Shown here piece after piece: positions 11,283-21,673 of a DNA stretch of 51,540 nt. The stretch comes from Candidatus Nanopelagicales bacterium. Its GTDB lineage: Bacteria; Actinomycetota; Actinomycetes; Prado026. The stretch spans positions 1 through 51,540 of the forward strand of contig DAIRVJ010000003.1 of NCBI GenBank assembly GCA_036802895.1, written 5' to 3'. Numbering within the stretch: position 1 is the stretch's first letter; every line of letters begins with the position of its first letter. The notes beneath the pieces were generated by a model, which made no database searches, was not told the DNA's origin, and saw only the letters and a list, made by a program, of their open reading frames with translations. Position numbers and translations under genes: made by a program.

Positions 11283-12887
11283 ATGACCGCCACCGTGCCT
11301 GCCGACATCGACGTCGGCCTCACGCCCCACGACGTCGTCCCACCGGCGTTCGATCCGGCGCGGGCCGAGCGGCTGGCGGGGGGAGTCGCCGCCGGGCCGT
11401 CCGCTGCGCGAGTGACCGCGCGCTCGCCGCTCGACGGTGCCGCGGTGGGCGACCTGCCGGTGTCGTCCCCCGCCGACGTGGCCGTCGCCTTCGACACCGC
11501 CCGAGCCGCCCAGCGCGCCTGGGCCGCCCGACCGGTGCGGCGTCGCGCGGCCGTGCTGCTCACGTTCCACGACCTCCTGCTCGCCCGCAGGGACGAGGCC
11601 CTCGACCTGGTCCAGCTGGAGACCGGGAAGGCCCGCAAGCACGCGCTCGAGGAGCTGCTCGACGTCGCGATCAACGCCCGGTACTACGCGCGCAGTGCCG
11701 ACCGCCTCCTCGCGCCGACCCGGCGTCGCGGCGCGCTGCCCGTGCTGACCTCGACGACCCAGCTGCACCACCCGAAGGGCGTCGTCGGCATCATCGCCCC
11801 CTGGAACTACCCGCTGACGCTGGCGGTCAGCGACGCACTGCCGGCCCTGATGGCCGGCAACGGCATCGTGCTCAAGCCCGACCTGCAGACCGCGTTCATC
11901 GCGCTGTGGGCTCGGGACCTGCTCATCGAGGCGGGCCTTCCCGAGTCCCTCTTCCAGGTGGTCGTCGGCGAAGGCGAGGTCGTGGGTGCCGCGGTCGTCG
12001 AGCACGCCGACTACGTCTGCTTCACCGGGTCGACGCAGACCGGCCGGGCGGTGGCCACCCGCTGCGCGCAGCGGCTCATCGGCTGCAGCCTGGAGCTCGG
12101 CGGCAAGAACCCCATGGTGGTCTGCGCGGACGCCGCCCTCGACCGGGCCGTCGAGGGCGCGCTGCGCGCCTGCTTCGCCAACAGCGGCCAGCTGTGCATC
12201 TCGATCGAGCGGCTGTACGTCGCCGCGGCGGTGTACGACCGGTTCGTGCCCCAGCTGGCGGCGGCCATCGAGGGCATGCGGCTCTCCGGGCGGCTGGACT
12301 ACTCCGCTGACATGGGCTCACTGTCCTCCCAGCGCCAGCTGGACACCGTGCGCCGGCACGTCGACGACGCCGTCGCCAAGGGGGCCCGGGTGCTCGCCGG
12401 CGGTCGACCTCGGCCGGACATCGGCCCGTTCTTCCACGAGCCCACCCTGCTCGAAGGGGTGACCCCGGACATGGTGGTGCACGACGAGGAGACGTTCGGA
12501 CCGGTGGTCTCGGTCTATCGGTTCGCCGACGAGGACGACGCCGTCCGGCTGGCCAACGCGTCCGCGTACGGGCTGAACGCCAGCGTCTGGACCCGTGACA
12601 CCCGCCGCGGCCGGGCGCTGGCCGCCCGAATCCGGGCCGGGACCGTGAACGTCAACGAGGGCTACGGTCCGGCCTATGGCAGCGTCGACGCCCCCATGGG
12701 GGGCATGGGGGACAGCGGACTCGGCCGCCGGCACGGCGCCGAGGGGCTGCTGACGTACACGGAGTCGCAGACCGTGTCCGTGCAGCGGCTGCGCGGGCTG
12801 GGGACGCCGAAGCGGCTGTCCGACGAGCAGTGGGCGAGGGTGCTGACGGCCTCGGTCGCAGCGCTGAAGAAGGTGGGCTGGCGATGA
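11283..12887 (+). CDS. NAD(P)-dependent aldehyde dehydrogenase (succinate-semialdehyde dehydrogenase-like)
   Basis: IIAPWNYPL, ELGGKNP and the catalytic Cys context FANSGQLCISIERLYV. Confidence 0.88.
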   Translation: MTATVPADIDVGLTPHDVVPPAFDPARAERLAGGVAAGPSAARVTARSPLDGAAVGDLPVSSPADVAVAFDTARAAQRAWAARPVRRRAAVLLTFHDLLLARRDEALDLVQLETGKARKHALEELLDVAINARYYARSADRLLAPTRRRGALPVLTSTTQLHHPKGVVGIIAPWNYPLTLAVSDALPALMAGNGIVLKPDLQTAFIALWARDLLIEAGLPESLFQVVVGEGEVVGAAVVEHADYVCFTGSTQTGRAVATRCAQRLIGCSLELGGKNPMVVCADAALDRAVEGALRACFANSGQLCISIERLYVAAAVYDRFVPQLAAAIEGMRLSGRLDYSADMGSLSSQRQLDTVRRHVDDAVAKGARVLAGGRPRPDIGPFFHEPTLLEGVTPDMVVHDEETFGPVVSVYRFADEDDAVRLANASAYGLNASVWTRDTRRGRALAARIRAGTVNVNEGYGPAYGSVDAPMGGMGDSGLGRRHGAEGLLTYTESQTVSVQRLRGLGTPKRLSDEQWARVLTASVAALKKVGWR

Positions 12888-14611
12888 GTGAGCACTACGA
12901 CGTGGTCGTGGTCGGGTCCGGCTTCGGCGGGTCGGTGACCGCCCTGCGGCTGACCGAGAAGGGGTACCGGGTCGCCGTCCTCGAGGCCGGGCGTCGGCTC
13001 GACGAGCACAGCCTGCCGAAGACGTCGTGGCGGGCCCGCTCGTTCCTCTGGGCGCCCAAGCTGGGCCTGAAGGGTATCCAGCGCATCCACGTGCTCCCCG
13101 ACGCGATCATCCTGGCCGGAGCCGGCGTCGGCGGCGGGTCGCTGGTGTACGCGAACACCCTCTACGTGCCGCCGAAGGCGTTCTTCGACGACCCCCAGTG
13201 GCGCGACATCACCGACTGGCAGGACGAGCTCGCGCCCTACTACGACCAGGCCCAGCGGATGCTCGGCGTGGTCCAGAACCCGACCATGACGCCCGCCGAC
13301 GTCGCGATGAAGCAGCTGGCCGACGACATGGGGGTCGGCGACACCTTCCGGCTCACCCCGGTCGGGGTCTACTTCGGCGACGGTCCGGGCGTCGAGGCCG
13401 AGGACCCGTTCTTCGGCGGCGCCGGCCCGCGCCGGGCCGGCTGCACCGAGTGCGGCTCCTGCATGACCGGGTGCCGGCACAACGCGAAGAACACCCTGCC
13501 CAAGAACTACCTGGGCCTGGCGGAGTCCGCCGGCGCCGTCGTCCGGCCGGAGACCACCGTGCTGCGGGTGCGGCCGCTCACCGGCGGCGGCTACGCGGTG
13601 GACACCGAGCGGACCGGCACCTGGGTGGGCCGCGGCCGCAGCACGCTCACCGCCGACCAGGTGGTGATCGCCGCGGGCGCCTACAACACCCAGCGGCTGC
13701 TGCACCGGATGCGCGACGACGGCCACCTGCCGCGGCTGTCGCCCACCCTCGGCCGGCTCTCCCGCTCCAACTCCGAGTCGCTGCCCGGCGTCGTGGCCAG
13801 CGGCCGTGACGTCGACTACACCCGCGGGGTGGCCATCACGTCGTCCTTCTACCCCGAGCCGCACACGCACATCGAGCCGTGCCGCTACGGCAAGGGCAGC
13901 AACGCGATGTTCACGCTGGCGACGGTGCTCACCGACGGCTCCGGACCGCGGCCCCGGTGGGCGACCTGGCTGCGCGAGGTGGCCCGCCACCCGGTCCAGG
14001 CGGCGTCGTCGCTGGCCCCCCGCGGCTGGTCGGAGCGGGGGATCGTCGCCCTGGTCATGCAGTCGGTCGACAACTCGCTCACCGTCTCGTCCCAGCGCAC
14101 CCGGCTCGGCCGGTGGCGGCTGACGTCGCGGCAGGGGCACGGGGAGCCCAACCCGACCTGGATCCCGGTCGCCAACGAGGCGGTCCGGCGGCTCGCCCGG
14201 ATCGTCGGGGGGCGGCCGCTGGGCAACCTCGGTGACCTGCTCGGTCGGCCGATGACCGCCCACTTCATCGGCGGGTGCGCCATCGGCGCGGACGCCGACC
14301 ACGGCGTCGTCGACGCCTACCACCGGGCGTTCGGGCATGACGGCCTGTACGTCGTCGACGGCTCGACCGTGTCGGCGAACCTGGGGGTCAACCCGTCGCT
14401 GACCATCACCGCGCAGGCCGAGCGGGCCATGGCGTTGTGGCCCAACCGGGGTGAGGCCGACCTCCGCCCGCCGCTCGGCGGTGCCTACCGTCGGCTCGAC
14501 CCGGTGCCGCCGCGAGCCCCGGTGGTGCCCGACCACGCCCCGGGCGCGCTGCGCCTGCCGATCGTCGAGGTCCGCCACCCCGCTCCGGCCCCGAGCAGCC
14601 ACCCCGCCTAG
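12884..14611 (+). CDS. choD: GMC-family FAD oxidoreductase (ChoD / cholesterol-oxidase-like)
   Basis: MSEHYDVVVVGSGFGGSVTALRLTEKGYRVAVLEAGRR (FAD GxGxxG). The ATG at 12884 overlaps the ALDH stop (ATGA). The position after guaB3 matches mycobacterial choD. Confidence 0.85.
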   Translation: MSEHYDVVVVGSGFGGSVTALRLTEKGYRVAVLEAGRRLDEHSLPKTSWRARSFLWAPKLGLKGIQRIHVLPDAIILAGAGVGGGSLVYANTLYVPPKAFFDDPQWRDITDWQDELAPYYDQAQRMLGVVQNPTMTPADVAMKQLADDMGVGDTFRLTPVGVYFGDGPGVEAEDPFFGGAGPRRAGCTECGSCMTGCRHNAKNTLPKNYLGLAESAGAVVRPETTVLRVRPLTGGGYAVDTERTGTWVGRGRSTLTADQVVIAAGAYNTQRLLHRMRDDGHLPRLSPTLGRLSRSNSESLPGVVASGRDVDYTRGVAITSSFYPEPHTHIEPCRYGKGSNAMFTLATVLTDGSGPRPRWATWLREVARHPVQAASSLAPRGWSERGIVALVMQSVDNSLTVSSQRTRLGRWRLTSRQGHGEPNPTWIPVANEAVRRLARIVGGRPLGNLGDLLGRPMTAHFIGGCAIGADADHGVVDAYHRAFGHDGLYVVDGSTVSANLGVNPSLTITAQAERAMALWPNRGEADLRPPLGGAYRRLDPVPPRAPVVPDHAPGALRLPIVEVRHPAPAPSSHPA

Positions 14612-16329
14612 CCGGCGGCCGACGGACCGGGCTGCTGGCGCAGCCAGGTCTCGTACGCCTCGACCGCGGTCGGCAGCGTCGGGAACAGCCGGTCCGCGCC
14701 GATCGAGGCGGCGAGGCCGTAGGCCTCGAGGTCGTCCAGCAGGTCCTGCTTGACCCGGGCCATGCCGAAGACGATGCCGCGGTCGGCCAGCTGCAGCCGC
14801 AGGTCGTCGACGGCGTCGAGCGCGGTCAGGTCCACCTCGACGTTGGCCTCGACGTTGAGCACGAACCAGCGCACCGGACTCGGTCGGGACTCGACGGCGG
14901 CCAGCGCCCGGCGGCGGAAGTCGTCGGCGTTGGCGAAGAACAGCGGCGAGTCGTACCGGTAGACGAGCAGGCCGGGGATCTCGCGCGCGCTGGGGAAGTC
15001 GTCGACGTCGTGCATGCCGGCCAGCCCGGGGACCCGTCCCAGGATCGCGTCGTGCGGGCGGGCCACCCGGGTGAGCAGCTCGCCGACGGACAGCCCGATG
15101 GCCAGCAGCACGCCGTAGAGGATGTCCAGGACCAGCACGCCGGCCGTCGCGGCCAGGGCCAGGGCCAGTTCGGAGCGTCGGAAGTCCGCGAGCCGGCGGA
15201 ACTCGGGGAGGTCGACGAGCCTCGTCGCCGCGAACATCACGATGCCGCCGAGGGCCGCCTTGGGGAAGTGGGCGAGGACCGGCCGCAGGGCGAAGAGGAC
15301 GACCAGGACGCTGACCAGGGCCACGAGTGAGTACAGCTGGCTGCGTCCGCCGACGGAGTGGGCGATCGCCGTCCGGCTGCCGCTGCTGCTCACCGGGAAG
15401 CCCCGGAACAGGCCGGCGCCCAGGTTCGCCGTCCCGAGCGCGAGCAGCTCCTGGTTGGCGTCGACCGTCTCCCGACGGCCCGCGGCGAACGCCCGCGCGG
15501 TCAGCACGTTGTCGGTGTAGCCCACGATCATCAGGCCGACGCCGGGGAGCAGCAGCGAGCGCAGGTCAGCCGCCGAGAGCGCGGGCAGGCCGGGCGTCGG
15601 CAGGCCGGCGGGGATGCTGCCGACCGTGGCCACACCGCGCCCCTCGAGGTCGAAGACCACCAGCACGGCCGTCGCCAGCAGGACGGCCAGCAGCGGCCCG
15701 GGCGCCCGGGGGAACCGCCGGGCCACCAGCAGCAGGAACGCCAGCACCCCGAGCCCGAGCGACAGGGTGAGCGGCTGCACGGTGCTCAGGTGGGAGGCGA
15801 ACGACCGGACCTCCGCGACGAAGCCGTTGCCGTCGACGGTCGCGCCGGTGAGCTTGCCCAGCTGGCCGGAGATCATGATCAGCGCGACGCCGGCGAGGTA
15901 GCCGACCAGCACCGGGCGCGAGATCAGGTCGGCGACGAAGCCCAGCCGGGCCACCCAGGCCAGCAGGCAGTAGCCGCCGACGACGAGGGCGAGCCCGGCG
16001 CACAGGGTGGCGTAGCGGGCCGGGTCGCCGTCGGCGAGCGGACCGACCGCCGCGGCCGTGAGCAGCGCCGTCGTCGACTCCGGGCCGACCGAGAGCAGCC
16101 GGGACGAGCCGAGCAGGGCGTAGACCGCCAGCGGCGGCAGGATCGCCCACAGCCCGACGACAGGCGGCAGGCCCGCAACCACGGCGTAGGCCATCACCTG
16201 CGGCACCAGGTAGGCGGCGACGGTGATCCCGGCGACGGCGTCGTGGCGCAGGTCCGCCCGCGGGTAGCGGCGCAGCAGCGCGACCCCGGGCAGCCGCCCG
16301 GCTCCGCGCCCGGTCGTGGTGGTCGCCAT
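14608..16329 (-). CDS. SulP-family anion transporter with C-terminal STAS domain
   Basis: The MATTTTGRG start at 16329 lies within the 940-aa track ORF. AGITVAAYLVPQVMAYAVVAGLPPVVGLW is a typical SulP sequence, and the C-terminal LLVYRYDSPLFFANADDF is STAS-like. Confidence 0.88.
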   Translation of the reverse strand: MATTTTGRGAGRLPGVALLRRYPRADLRHDAVAGITVAAYLVPQVMAYAVVAGLPPVVGLWAILPPLAVYALLGSSRLLSVGPESTTALLTAAAVGPLADGDPARYATLCAGLALVVGGYCLLAWVARLGFVADLISRPVLVGYLAGVALIMISGQLGKLTGATVDGNGFVAEVRSFASHLSTVQPLTLSLGLGVLAFLLLVARRFPRAPGPLLAVLLATAVLVVFDLEGRGVATVGSIPAGLPTPGLPALSAADLRSLLLPGVGLMIVGYTDNVLTARAFAAGRRETVDANQELLALGTANLGAGLFRGFPVSSSGSRTAIAHSVGGRSQLYSLVALVSVLVVLFALRPVLAHFPKAALGGIVMFAATRLVDLPEFRRLADFRRSELALALAATAGVLVLDILYGVLLAIGLSVGELLTRVARPHDAILGRVPGLAGMHDVDDFPSAREIPGLLVYRYDSPLFFANADDFRRRALAAVESRPSPVRWFVLNVEANVEVDLTALDAVDDLRLQLADRGIVFGMARVKQDLLDDLEAYGLAASIGADRLFPTLPTAVEAYETWLRQQPGPSAAG

Positions 16330-16355
16330 GGTGGCGCCAGGGTAGGGCCGTCCGG

Positions 16356-18188
16356 TCAGCCGCGGGGCGTCTGCTCGTGCAGTGGCCGGCCGGGGGTGGC
16401 CGAGCCGTCGCCCTCGTCGCGCCACGAGCGCCACAGCGCCGCGTACGGGCCACCCGCGCGGACCAGCTGGTCGTGGCTGCCGTACTCGGTGACCTTCCCG
16501 CCCTCGACGACGGCCACCACGTCGGCGTCGTGGGCCGTGTGCAGCCGGTGCGCGACCGCGACCACGGTCCGGCCCTTCAGCACGGCCGCCAGCGACCGTT
16601 CGAGGTGCCGGGCGGCACGCGGGTCGAGCAGCGAGGTCGCCTCGTCGAGCACCAGCGTGTGCGGGTCGGCCAGCACCAGGCGGGCCAGCGCCAGCTGCTG
16701 GGCCTGGGGCGGCGCGAGGCGGTGCGCGCCGGCGCCGACCCGGGTGTCGAGCCCCGAGGGCAGCGCGGCCACCCAGTCCGCGGCGTCGACGGCCTCGAGC
16801 GCCGTCACCAGCTCGACGTCGTCGGCGTCCGGGCGGGCCAGCCGCAGGTTGTCCCGCAGGGTCCCCACGAAGACGTGGTGCTCCTGCGTCACCAGGGCGA
16901 CGTGCCGGCGCACGGTCTCCGCCGGCAGCCGGGACAGGGCCACGTCGCCCATGGTCACCGAGCCGGTGCGGGGACCGTGGATGCCGGCGAGCAGCCGGCC
17001 CAGCGTCGACTTGCCCGCACCGGACGGTCCCACGACCGCGACCCGCGACCCCGGCTCGACGTCCAGGGTGATGCCGTGCAGGACGTCCCGGTCGGCCCGG
17101 TAGGCGAACCGCACGTCGCGGGCGCGGATCTCGTGGGACCCGGGCTCGCTGCCGGTGTCCACCTCGGGGTCCGGCACGTCGTGGACGCCGAGCAGGCGGG
17201 CCAGCGCCGCCTGGCCGGTCTGCAGCTCGTCGAACCACATGAGCAGGGTGTCGACGGGCTCGACCAGCATCTGGGTGTAGAGGACCGCGGCGGTGACCTC
17301 GGTGAGGCTGACCGTGCCCCTCGCGTAGAACCAGCCGCCCATGGCGAGGACCGCAGCGATGGGCAGCACGTAGGCCGACTCGACGCTGGGGAACCACCGG
17401 GTGCGCAGGGACAGCGTGTAGCGCTCCCACGAGACCCAGCGCCTGATCCGACCGTCGGTGAGCGCGACCCGCTCCGGGCCCAGCCGGTAGGCCTCGACCG
17501 TGCGGCCGCCGTCGACCGTCTCGGCCAGGGCCGCGTTGACCGAGGAGTAGGCGGACAGCTCGGCGGCGTAGGACTGCGGGGCCCGGCGGAAGTACCAGCG
17601 GCTCGCCGTCACGATCGGGGGCACGGCGAGCACCCAGGCCAGCGCGAGCACGGGCGAGGTCACGACCAGCGCCGCGCCGACGAACAGCGCCGTCACCCCC
17701 GCGATCGCCATCTCCGGCACGGCCTGCCGCACCGCCCAGCCGAGCCGGTCGACGTCGGTCGTGGCCCGGGTGACCAGGTCGCCGGTGCCGGCCCGCTCGA
17801 CCACGCCGATCGGCAGGGCGACCGACCGGGCCACGAAGTCCTCGCGCAGGTCAGCCAGGATCCACTCGCCAAGGATCGCCGCACGCATCCGGGCGAACCG
17901 GGTGAACACGGTCTGGACGACCAGCGCGCCGGCGAAGAGCAGCGCCCACCGGTCGACCGAGGCCGTCGTGGCGCTGCCGGCTCGGACCCCCTCGACCGCC
18001 CGGCCCAGCACCTGGGGGCCGACCAGGGCGGCCACGGCGGCCACGGCGTTCAGCCAGACCACCGCGGACAGCGTCCGGCGGTGCCGGCGCAGCAGCGAGC
18101 GCACCTGCCGGCGCACGGTGCGGGGCGTGGCCACCGGCAGGTGGGTCGGGCCGCCGACCAGAGCCTCGTGCGGCTCCGGCGGCCTCAC
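16356..18188 (-). CDS. ABC exporter permease/ATPase subunit 2 (consensus Walker A, degenerate signature)
   Basis: A GTG at 18188 overlaps the upstream stop (GTGA). Walker [10 protein letters not shown], Walker B LVLDEATS and H-loop AVAHRL are intact. The signature is LAPPQ instead of LSGGQ. Confidence 0.85.
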   Translation of the reverse strand: MRPPEPHEALVGGPTHLPVATPRTVRRQVRSLLRRHRRTLSAVVWLNAVAAVAALVGPQVLGRAVEGVRAGSATTASVDRWALLFAGALVVQTVFTRFARMRAAILGEWILADLREDFVARSVALPIGVVERAGTGDLVTRATTDVDRLGWAVRQAVPEMAIAGVTALFVGAALVVTSPVLALAWVLAVPPIVTASRWYFRRAPQSYAAELSAYSSVNAALAETVDGGRTVEAYRLGPERVALTDGRIRRWVSWERYTLSLRTRWFPSVESAYVLPIAAVLAMGGWFYARGTVSLTEVTAAVLYTQMLVEPVDTLLMWFDELQTGQAALARLLGVHDVPDPEVDTGSEPGSHEIRARDVRFAYRADRDVLHGITLDVEPGSRVAVVGPSGAGKSTLGRLLAGIHGPRTGSVTMGDVALSRLPAETVRRHVALVTQEHHVFVGTLRDNLRLARPDADDVELVTALEAVDAADWVAALPSGLDTRVGAGAHRLAPPQAQQLALARLVLADPHTLVLDEATSLLDPRAARHLERSLAAVLKGRTVVAVAHRLHTAHDADVVAVVEGGKVTEYGSHDQLVRAGGPYAALWRSWRDEGDGSATPGRPLHEQTPRG

Positions 18189-19921
18189 GGCTGGACCCCG
18201 TGATCCCCGTCGTCCTCGTCGTCCTCGTCGCGGACCACCACGGCCCGGTACTGGGACCGGCCGCGCAGCAGCTCGCGATGGGTGCCGCTGGCGACCACCC
18301 GGCCGTCCTCCAGCAGGGACACCCGGTCGACCTGCTCGAGCAGGAGGGGGCTGGTGGTGAGCAGCACCGTGGTGCGGCCGCGGCGCAGCCGGGCCAGCTG
18401 GGCGCCGACCCGGGCCTCGGTGTGCGCGTCGACCGCCGACGTGGGCTCGTCGAGGACCAGGACGTCCGGGTCGGCCACCAGGGAACGGGCGAGCGCCACC
18501 CGTTGCCGCTGCCCGCCGGAGAGCGAGCGGGCCCGCTCCGGCAGCTCGGTGGCCAGGCCCTCCGGCAGGCCCTCGACGATCTCGTCGGCGTCCGCGGCGG
18601 TGACCGCCTCGGCGATGCCCACCCGGCCCGAGCGGGGGACGTCGAGCCCGTCGCCGACCCGCCGGGCGAAGATCATCGGATCCTTGTCCTGGACGAGCAG
18701 GTGGGCGCGGACCGTGGCGCTGGACATCCCGGCCAGCGGCAGCCCGCCCACCGTGACCTCGCCCGGGAGGTGGCCGCCGAGCCGGTCGGCCACCAGGCTG
18801 GCCGCCTCGGGGTCGTCGCTGACCAGCGCGGTGAGCAGCCCGCGCTCGACGACGAACCCGCTGGCGACGTCGACGAGCGGGCCGTCGGGCAGCGGCTGCA
18901 CCGGCCCGGGTCGCACCGGCAGCGCCCGCTCCAGGCGGAGCAGGGCGATCACCCGGCGAGCCCCCACGACGGCGCGGGTCCACTTGTGCGCCGTCTCGGT
19001 CACCGTGCGCAGCGGGATGACCAGGAAGGCCGTGTACCCGTAGAACGCGACCAGCTCGCCGACGGTGATCTCCCCGCGCAGGGCCAGGTGGGCCCCGAAC
19101 CAGGTGACCGCCACGACGAACGCCCCCGGCAGCGCGACCTGCATCGCGTCCAGCAGCGAGCGGATCCGCGCGGTCTGCACCGCGGCCCGCCGCACGCCGT
19201 CCGACGTCTCGCGGAACCGCTGGAGGAACATCTCCTCCCCGCCGATGCCCCGCAGCACGCGCAGTCCGGCCACCGTGTCGGCGGCCAGCTCGGTGGCCTC
19301 GCCGAAACGGGCCCGCTGGGCGCTCTCCCGCCGCTCCAGCGGCTTCAGCAGCGGGCCGACGGCCAGCCCGATGAGCGGGACGCCGACGATGACGACGGCG
19401 CCCAGGGTGGGGGACGCGGCGAACAGGACCACGGTGACGCCGACGAACGACACCAGGGCACCCGCGAAGCGGGCGCTCACGTCGAATGCGCTGCCGATGC
19501 GCTCGACGTCGTTGGAGGAGACGGCCACGACCTCGCCGGTGGCCACCTGCCGGGTCAGGTCCCCGCCCAGCTCGGCGGCCCGCCGAGCGACCAGCTGCTG
19601 CACGCGCGCGGCCGCGTTGATCCAGTTGGCGACGGCCATCCGGTGCCGCAGGATCCCGGCGACCGCCTGCACCACCCCGAGCCCGAGCACCACCAGCGCC
19701 CACAGCACGGCCTGCCGGGTGTCCCGCGCGCTGACCTGGTCGATCCCCCGGCCGAGTGCGGCGGGCACCGCCGCCTGGGCGCCCATCCAGAGCACCCCCC
19801 AGAGCACGCCCTGGGTCAGGGTGCCCTTCTGCCGGCCGGCGAGCCACAGCAGGAACCGCCCCGACGAGCCCAGGGGAGGGGCCCCGGGGTCGGTCACCGG
19901 GAGGGAGCGCAGAGCAGGCAT
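18185..19921 (-). CDS. ABC exporter permease/ATPase subunit 1 (degenerate Walker A and H-loop, consensus signature)
   Basis: Start MPALRSLPV at 19921. Signature LSGGQRQR and Walker [10 protein letters not shown] are intact. The Walker A position reads [11 protein letters not shown] and the H-loop position reads LLTTSP. Confidence 0.85.
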   Translation of the reverse strand: MPALRSLPVTDPGAPPLGSSGRFLLWLAGRQKGTLTQGVLWGVLWMGAQAAVPAALGRGIDQVSARDTRQAVLWALVVLGLGVVQAVAGILRHRMAVANWINAAARVQQLVARRAAELGGDLTRQVATGEVVAVSSNDVERIGSAFDVSARFAGALVSFVGVTVVLFAASPTLGAVVIVGVPLIGLAVGPLLKPLERRESAQRARFGEATELAADTVAGLRVLRGIGGEEMFLQRFRETSDGVRRAAVQTARIRSLLDAMQVALPGAFVVAVTWFGAHLALRGEITVGELVAFYGYTAFLVIPLRTVTETAHKWTRAVVGARRVIALLRLERALPVRPGPVQPLPDGPLVDVASGFVVERGLLTALVSDDPEAASLVADRLGGHLPGEVTVGGLPLAGMSSATVRAHLLVQDKDPMIFARRVGDGLDVPRSGRVGIAEAVTAADADEIVEGLPEGLATELPERARSLSGGQRQRVALARSLVADPDVLVLDEPTSAVDAHTEARVGAQLARLRRGRTTVLLTTSPLLLEQVDRVSLLEDGRVVASGTHRELLRGRSQYRAVVVRDEDDEDDGDHGVQP

Positions 19922-19992
19922 GGCGGTGATCCACGCTACGCGGCTCGCGACGGCCGGCCTAACGGGTTTCCCGGCCGTTCCCCGCCCGCCGG

Positions 19993-19998
19993 TAGGCT
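19993..19998 (+). promoter_or_regulatory. Candidate -10 hexamer (TAGGCT) for a leaderless guaA transcript
   Basis: A TANNNT hexamer sits 7 nt upstream of the GTG start at 20006. No Shine-Dalgarno sequence lies between them. Confidence 0.35.
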
Positions 19999-20005
19999 GC
20001 CCACC

Positions 20006-21595
20006 GTGCGCGCCGACGCCGGCCCCGGGCCGGGATTCGACACCGTCCTGGTCGTCGACTTCGGCGCCCAGTACGCGCAGCTGATCGCCCGCCGCATCCG
20101 CGAGGCGCACGTCTACAGCGAGATCGTCCCGTCGACGACACCGGTCGACCAGCTGCTGGCCCGGCGGCCGAAGGCCGTCGTGCTGTCCGGGGGACCGTCC
20201 AGCGTCTACGCCGACGGCGCGCCTCAGGTGGACCCGGCCCTGTTCGCCGGCGGGGTGCCGGTCTTCGGCATCTGCTACGGCTTCCAGGCCATGGCCCAGG
20301 CGCTCGGGGGCCGGGTGGAGCGCACCGGGCTGTCCGAGTTCGGCCGCACCCCGTTGCGGGTCACGGCAGACCGCTCGGCGGTCTTCGCCGGGCTACCCGG
20401 CGAGCTGTCGGTGTGGATGTCGCACGGGGACTCGGTGGCCGAAGCCCCCGACGGCTTCGCGGTGACCGCCACGTCGGCGGGTGCGTCGGTCGCCGCGTTC
20501 GAGGACCTCGACCGGCGGCTGGCCGGCGTCCAGTTCCACCCCGAGGTGCTGCACACCGAGCACGGCCAGCGGGTGCTCGAGCACTTCCTGCTGGACGTCG
20601 CCGGGTGCCGCCCGACCTGGACGACGGCCAACGTGCTGGACGAGCAGGTGGCGGCCATCCGGGCCCAGGTGGGGGACAAGCGGGCCGTGTGCGGGCTGTC
20701 CGGTGGGGTCGACTCGGCGGTCGCCGCCGCCCTCGTCCAGCGGGCCATCGGCGACCGGCTCACGTGCGTGTTCGTCGACCACGGCCTGCTGCGCCAGGGT
20801 GAGCCGGAGCAGGTCGAGCGGGACTTCGTGGCGGCCACCGGGGTGCGCCTGACGGTCGTCGACGCCGAGCAGCGCTTCCTGGCCGCGCTCGCCGGGGTCA
20901 GCGATCCGGAGACCAAGCGGAAGATCATCGGCCGCGAGTTCATCCGGGTCTTCGAGGACGCCGCGGCCGAGGTGGTCGCCGACGCGGGCGCGCACGGCGA
21001 GCAGGTCGAGTTCCTCGTGCAGGGGACCCTGTACCCGGACGTCGTGGAGAGCGGCGGCGGCAGCGGGACGGCGACCATCAAGAGCCACCACAACGTCGGG
21101 GGCCTGCCCGCGGACCTGCAGTTCGCCCTGGTCGAGCCGCTGCGCCTGCTGTTCAAGGACGAGGTGCGCGCGGTCGGCGAGCAGCTCGGGCTGCCGGCCG
21201 AGATCGTCTGGCGGCACCCGTTCCCGGGCCCGGGGCTGGCGATCCGGATCATCGGCGAGGTGACCCGGGACCGGCTCGACGTGCTGCGCGCCGCCGACGC
21301 GATCGCCCGCGAGGAGCTCACCGCGGCCGGCCTCGACCGCGAGGTGTGGCAGTTCCCGGTGGTGCTGCTGGCCGAGGTCCGGTCGGTCGGCGTCCAGGGC
21401 GACGGCCGCACCTACGGGCACCCGGTCGTGCTCCGCCCGGTGAGCAGCGAGGACGCGATGACCGCCGACTGGGCCCGGCTGCCCTACGACGTCCTGGCCC
21501 GGATCTCCACCCGGATCACCAACGAGGTCCGCGAGGTCAACCGGGTCGTGCTCGACATCACCAGCAAGCCGCCCGGCACCATCGAGTGGGAGTAG
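20006..21595 (+). CDS. guaA: GMP synthase (glutamine-hydrolysing)
   Basis: GATase [13 protein letters not shown]-PPase [10 protein letters not shown] and the C-terminal PPGTIEWE. The 1131-aa track ORF is an upstream read-through antisense to the ABC gene. Confidence 0.95.
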   Translation: MRADAGPGPGFDTVLVVDFGAQYAQLIARRIREAHVYSEIVPSTTPVDQLLARRPKAVVLSGGPSSVYADGAPQVDPALFAGGVPVFGICYGFQAMAQALGGRVERTGLSEFGRTPLRVTADRSAVFAGLPGELSVWMSHGDSVAEAPDGFAVTATSAGASVAAFEDLDRRLAGVQFHPEVLHTEHGQRVLEHFLLDVAGCRPTWTTANVLDEQVAAIRAQVGDKRAVCGLSGGVDSAVAAALVQRAIGDRLTCVFVDHGLLRQGEPEQVERDFVAATGVRLTVVDAEQRFLAALAGVSDPETKRKIIGREFIRVFEDAAAEVVADAGAHGEQVEFLVQGTLYPDVVESGGGSGTATIKSHHNVGGLPADLQFALVEPLRLLFKDEVRAVGEQLGLPAEIVWRHPFPGPGLAIRIIGEVTRDRLDVLRAADAIAREELTAAGLDREVWQFPVVLLAEVRSVGVQGDGRTYGHPVVLRPVSSEDAMTADWARLPYDVLARISTRITNEVREVNRVVLDITSKPPGTIEWE

Positions 21596-21613
21596 CACCG
21601 GGTCCTGAACAGT

Positions 21614-21655
21614 TGTCAGGGTGAGGACGGGCCATAGCTCGTCCTCACCCTGACA
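21614..21655. terminator. Perfect 16-bp hairpin between convergent guaA and the pspC-operon end
   Basis: TGTCAGGGTGAGGACG - 10-nt loop - CGTCCTCACCCTGACA, with no clear U-tract on either side. Confidence 0.65.
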
Positions 21656-21673
21656 GGGGGGCCGTGGTGGGGC

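Noticed and set aside
16356-19934. 1192-aa ORF suggesting one giant ABC protein
   Set aside because: Only the C-terminal 610 aa (from GTG 18188) are ABC-like. The upstream part is an alternative frame of ABC subunit 1, which is encoded in its own frame (18185-19921) with a full TMD and NBD.
18200-20005. 600-aa N-terminal extension of guaA in the 1131-aa track ORF
   Set aside because: It is antisense to the ABC subunit 1 gene and has no GuaA homology. guaA begins with the conserved [10 protein letters not shown] region shortly after GTG 20006.
19922-20005. Purine or guanine riboswitch in front of guaA
   Set aside because: The region is only 84 nt and contains one 8-bp hairpin (19950-19957 with 19971-19978). 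That is too short, and it lacks the three-way junction and conserved loops. A -10 hexamer right before the start codon argues for a leaderless mRNA.
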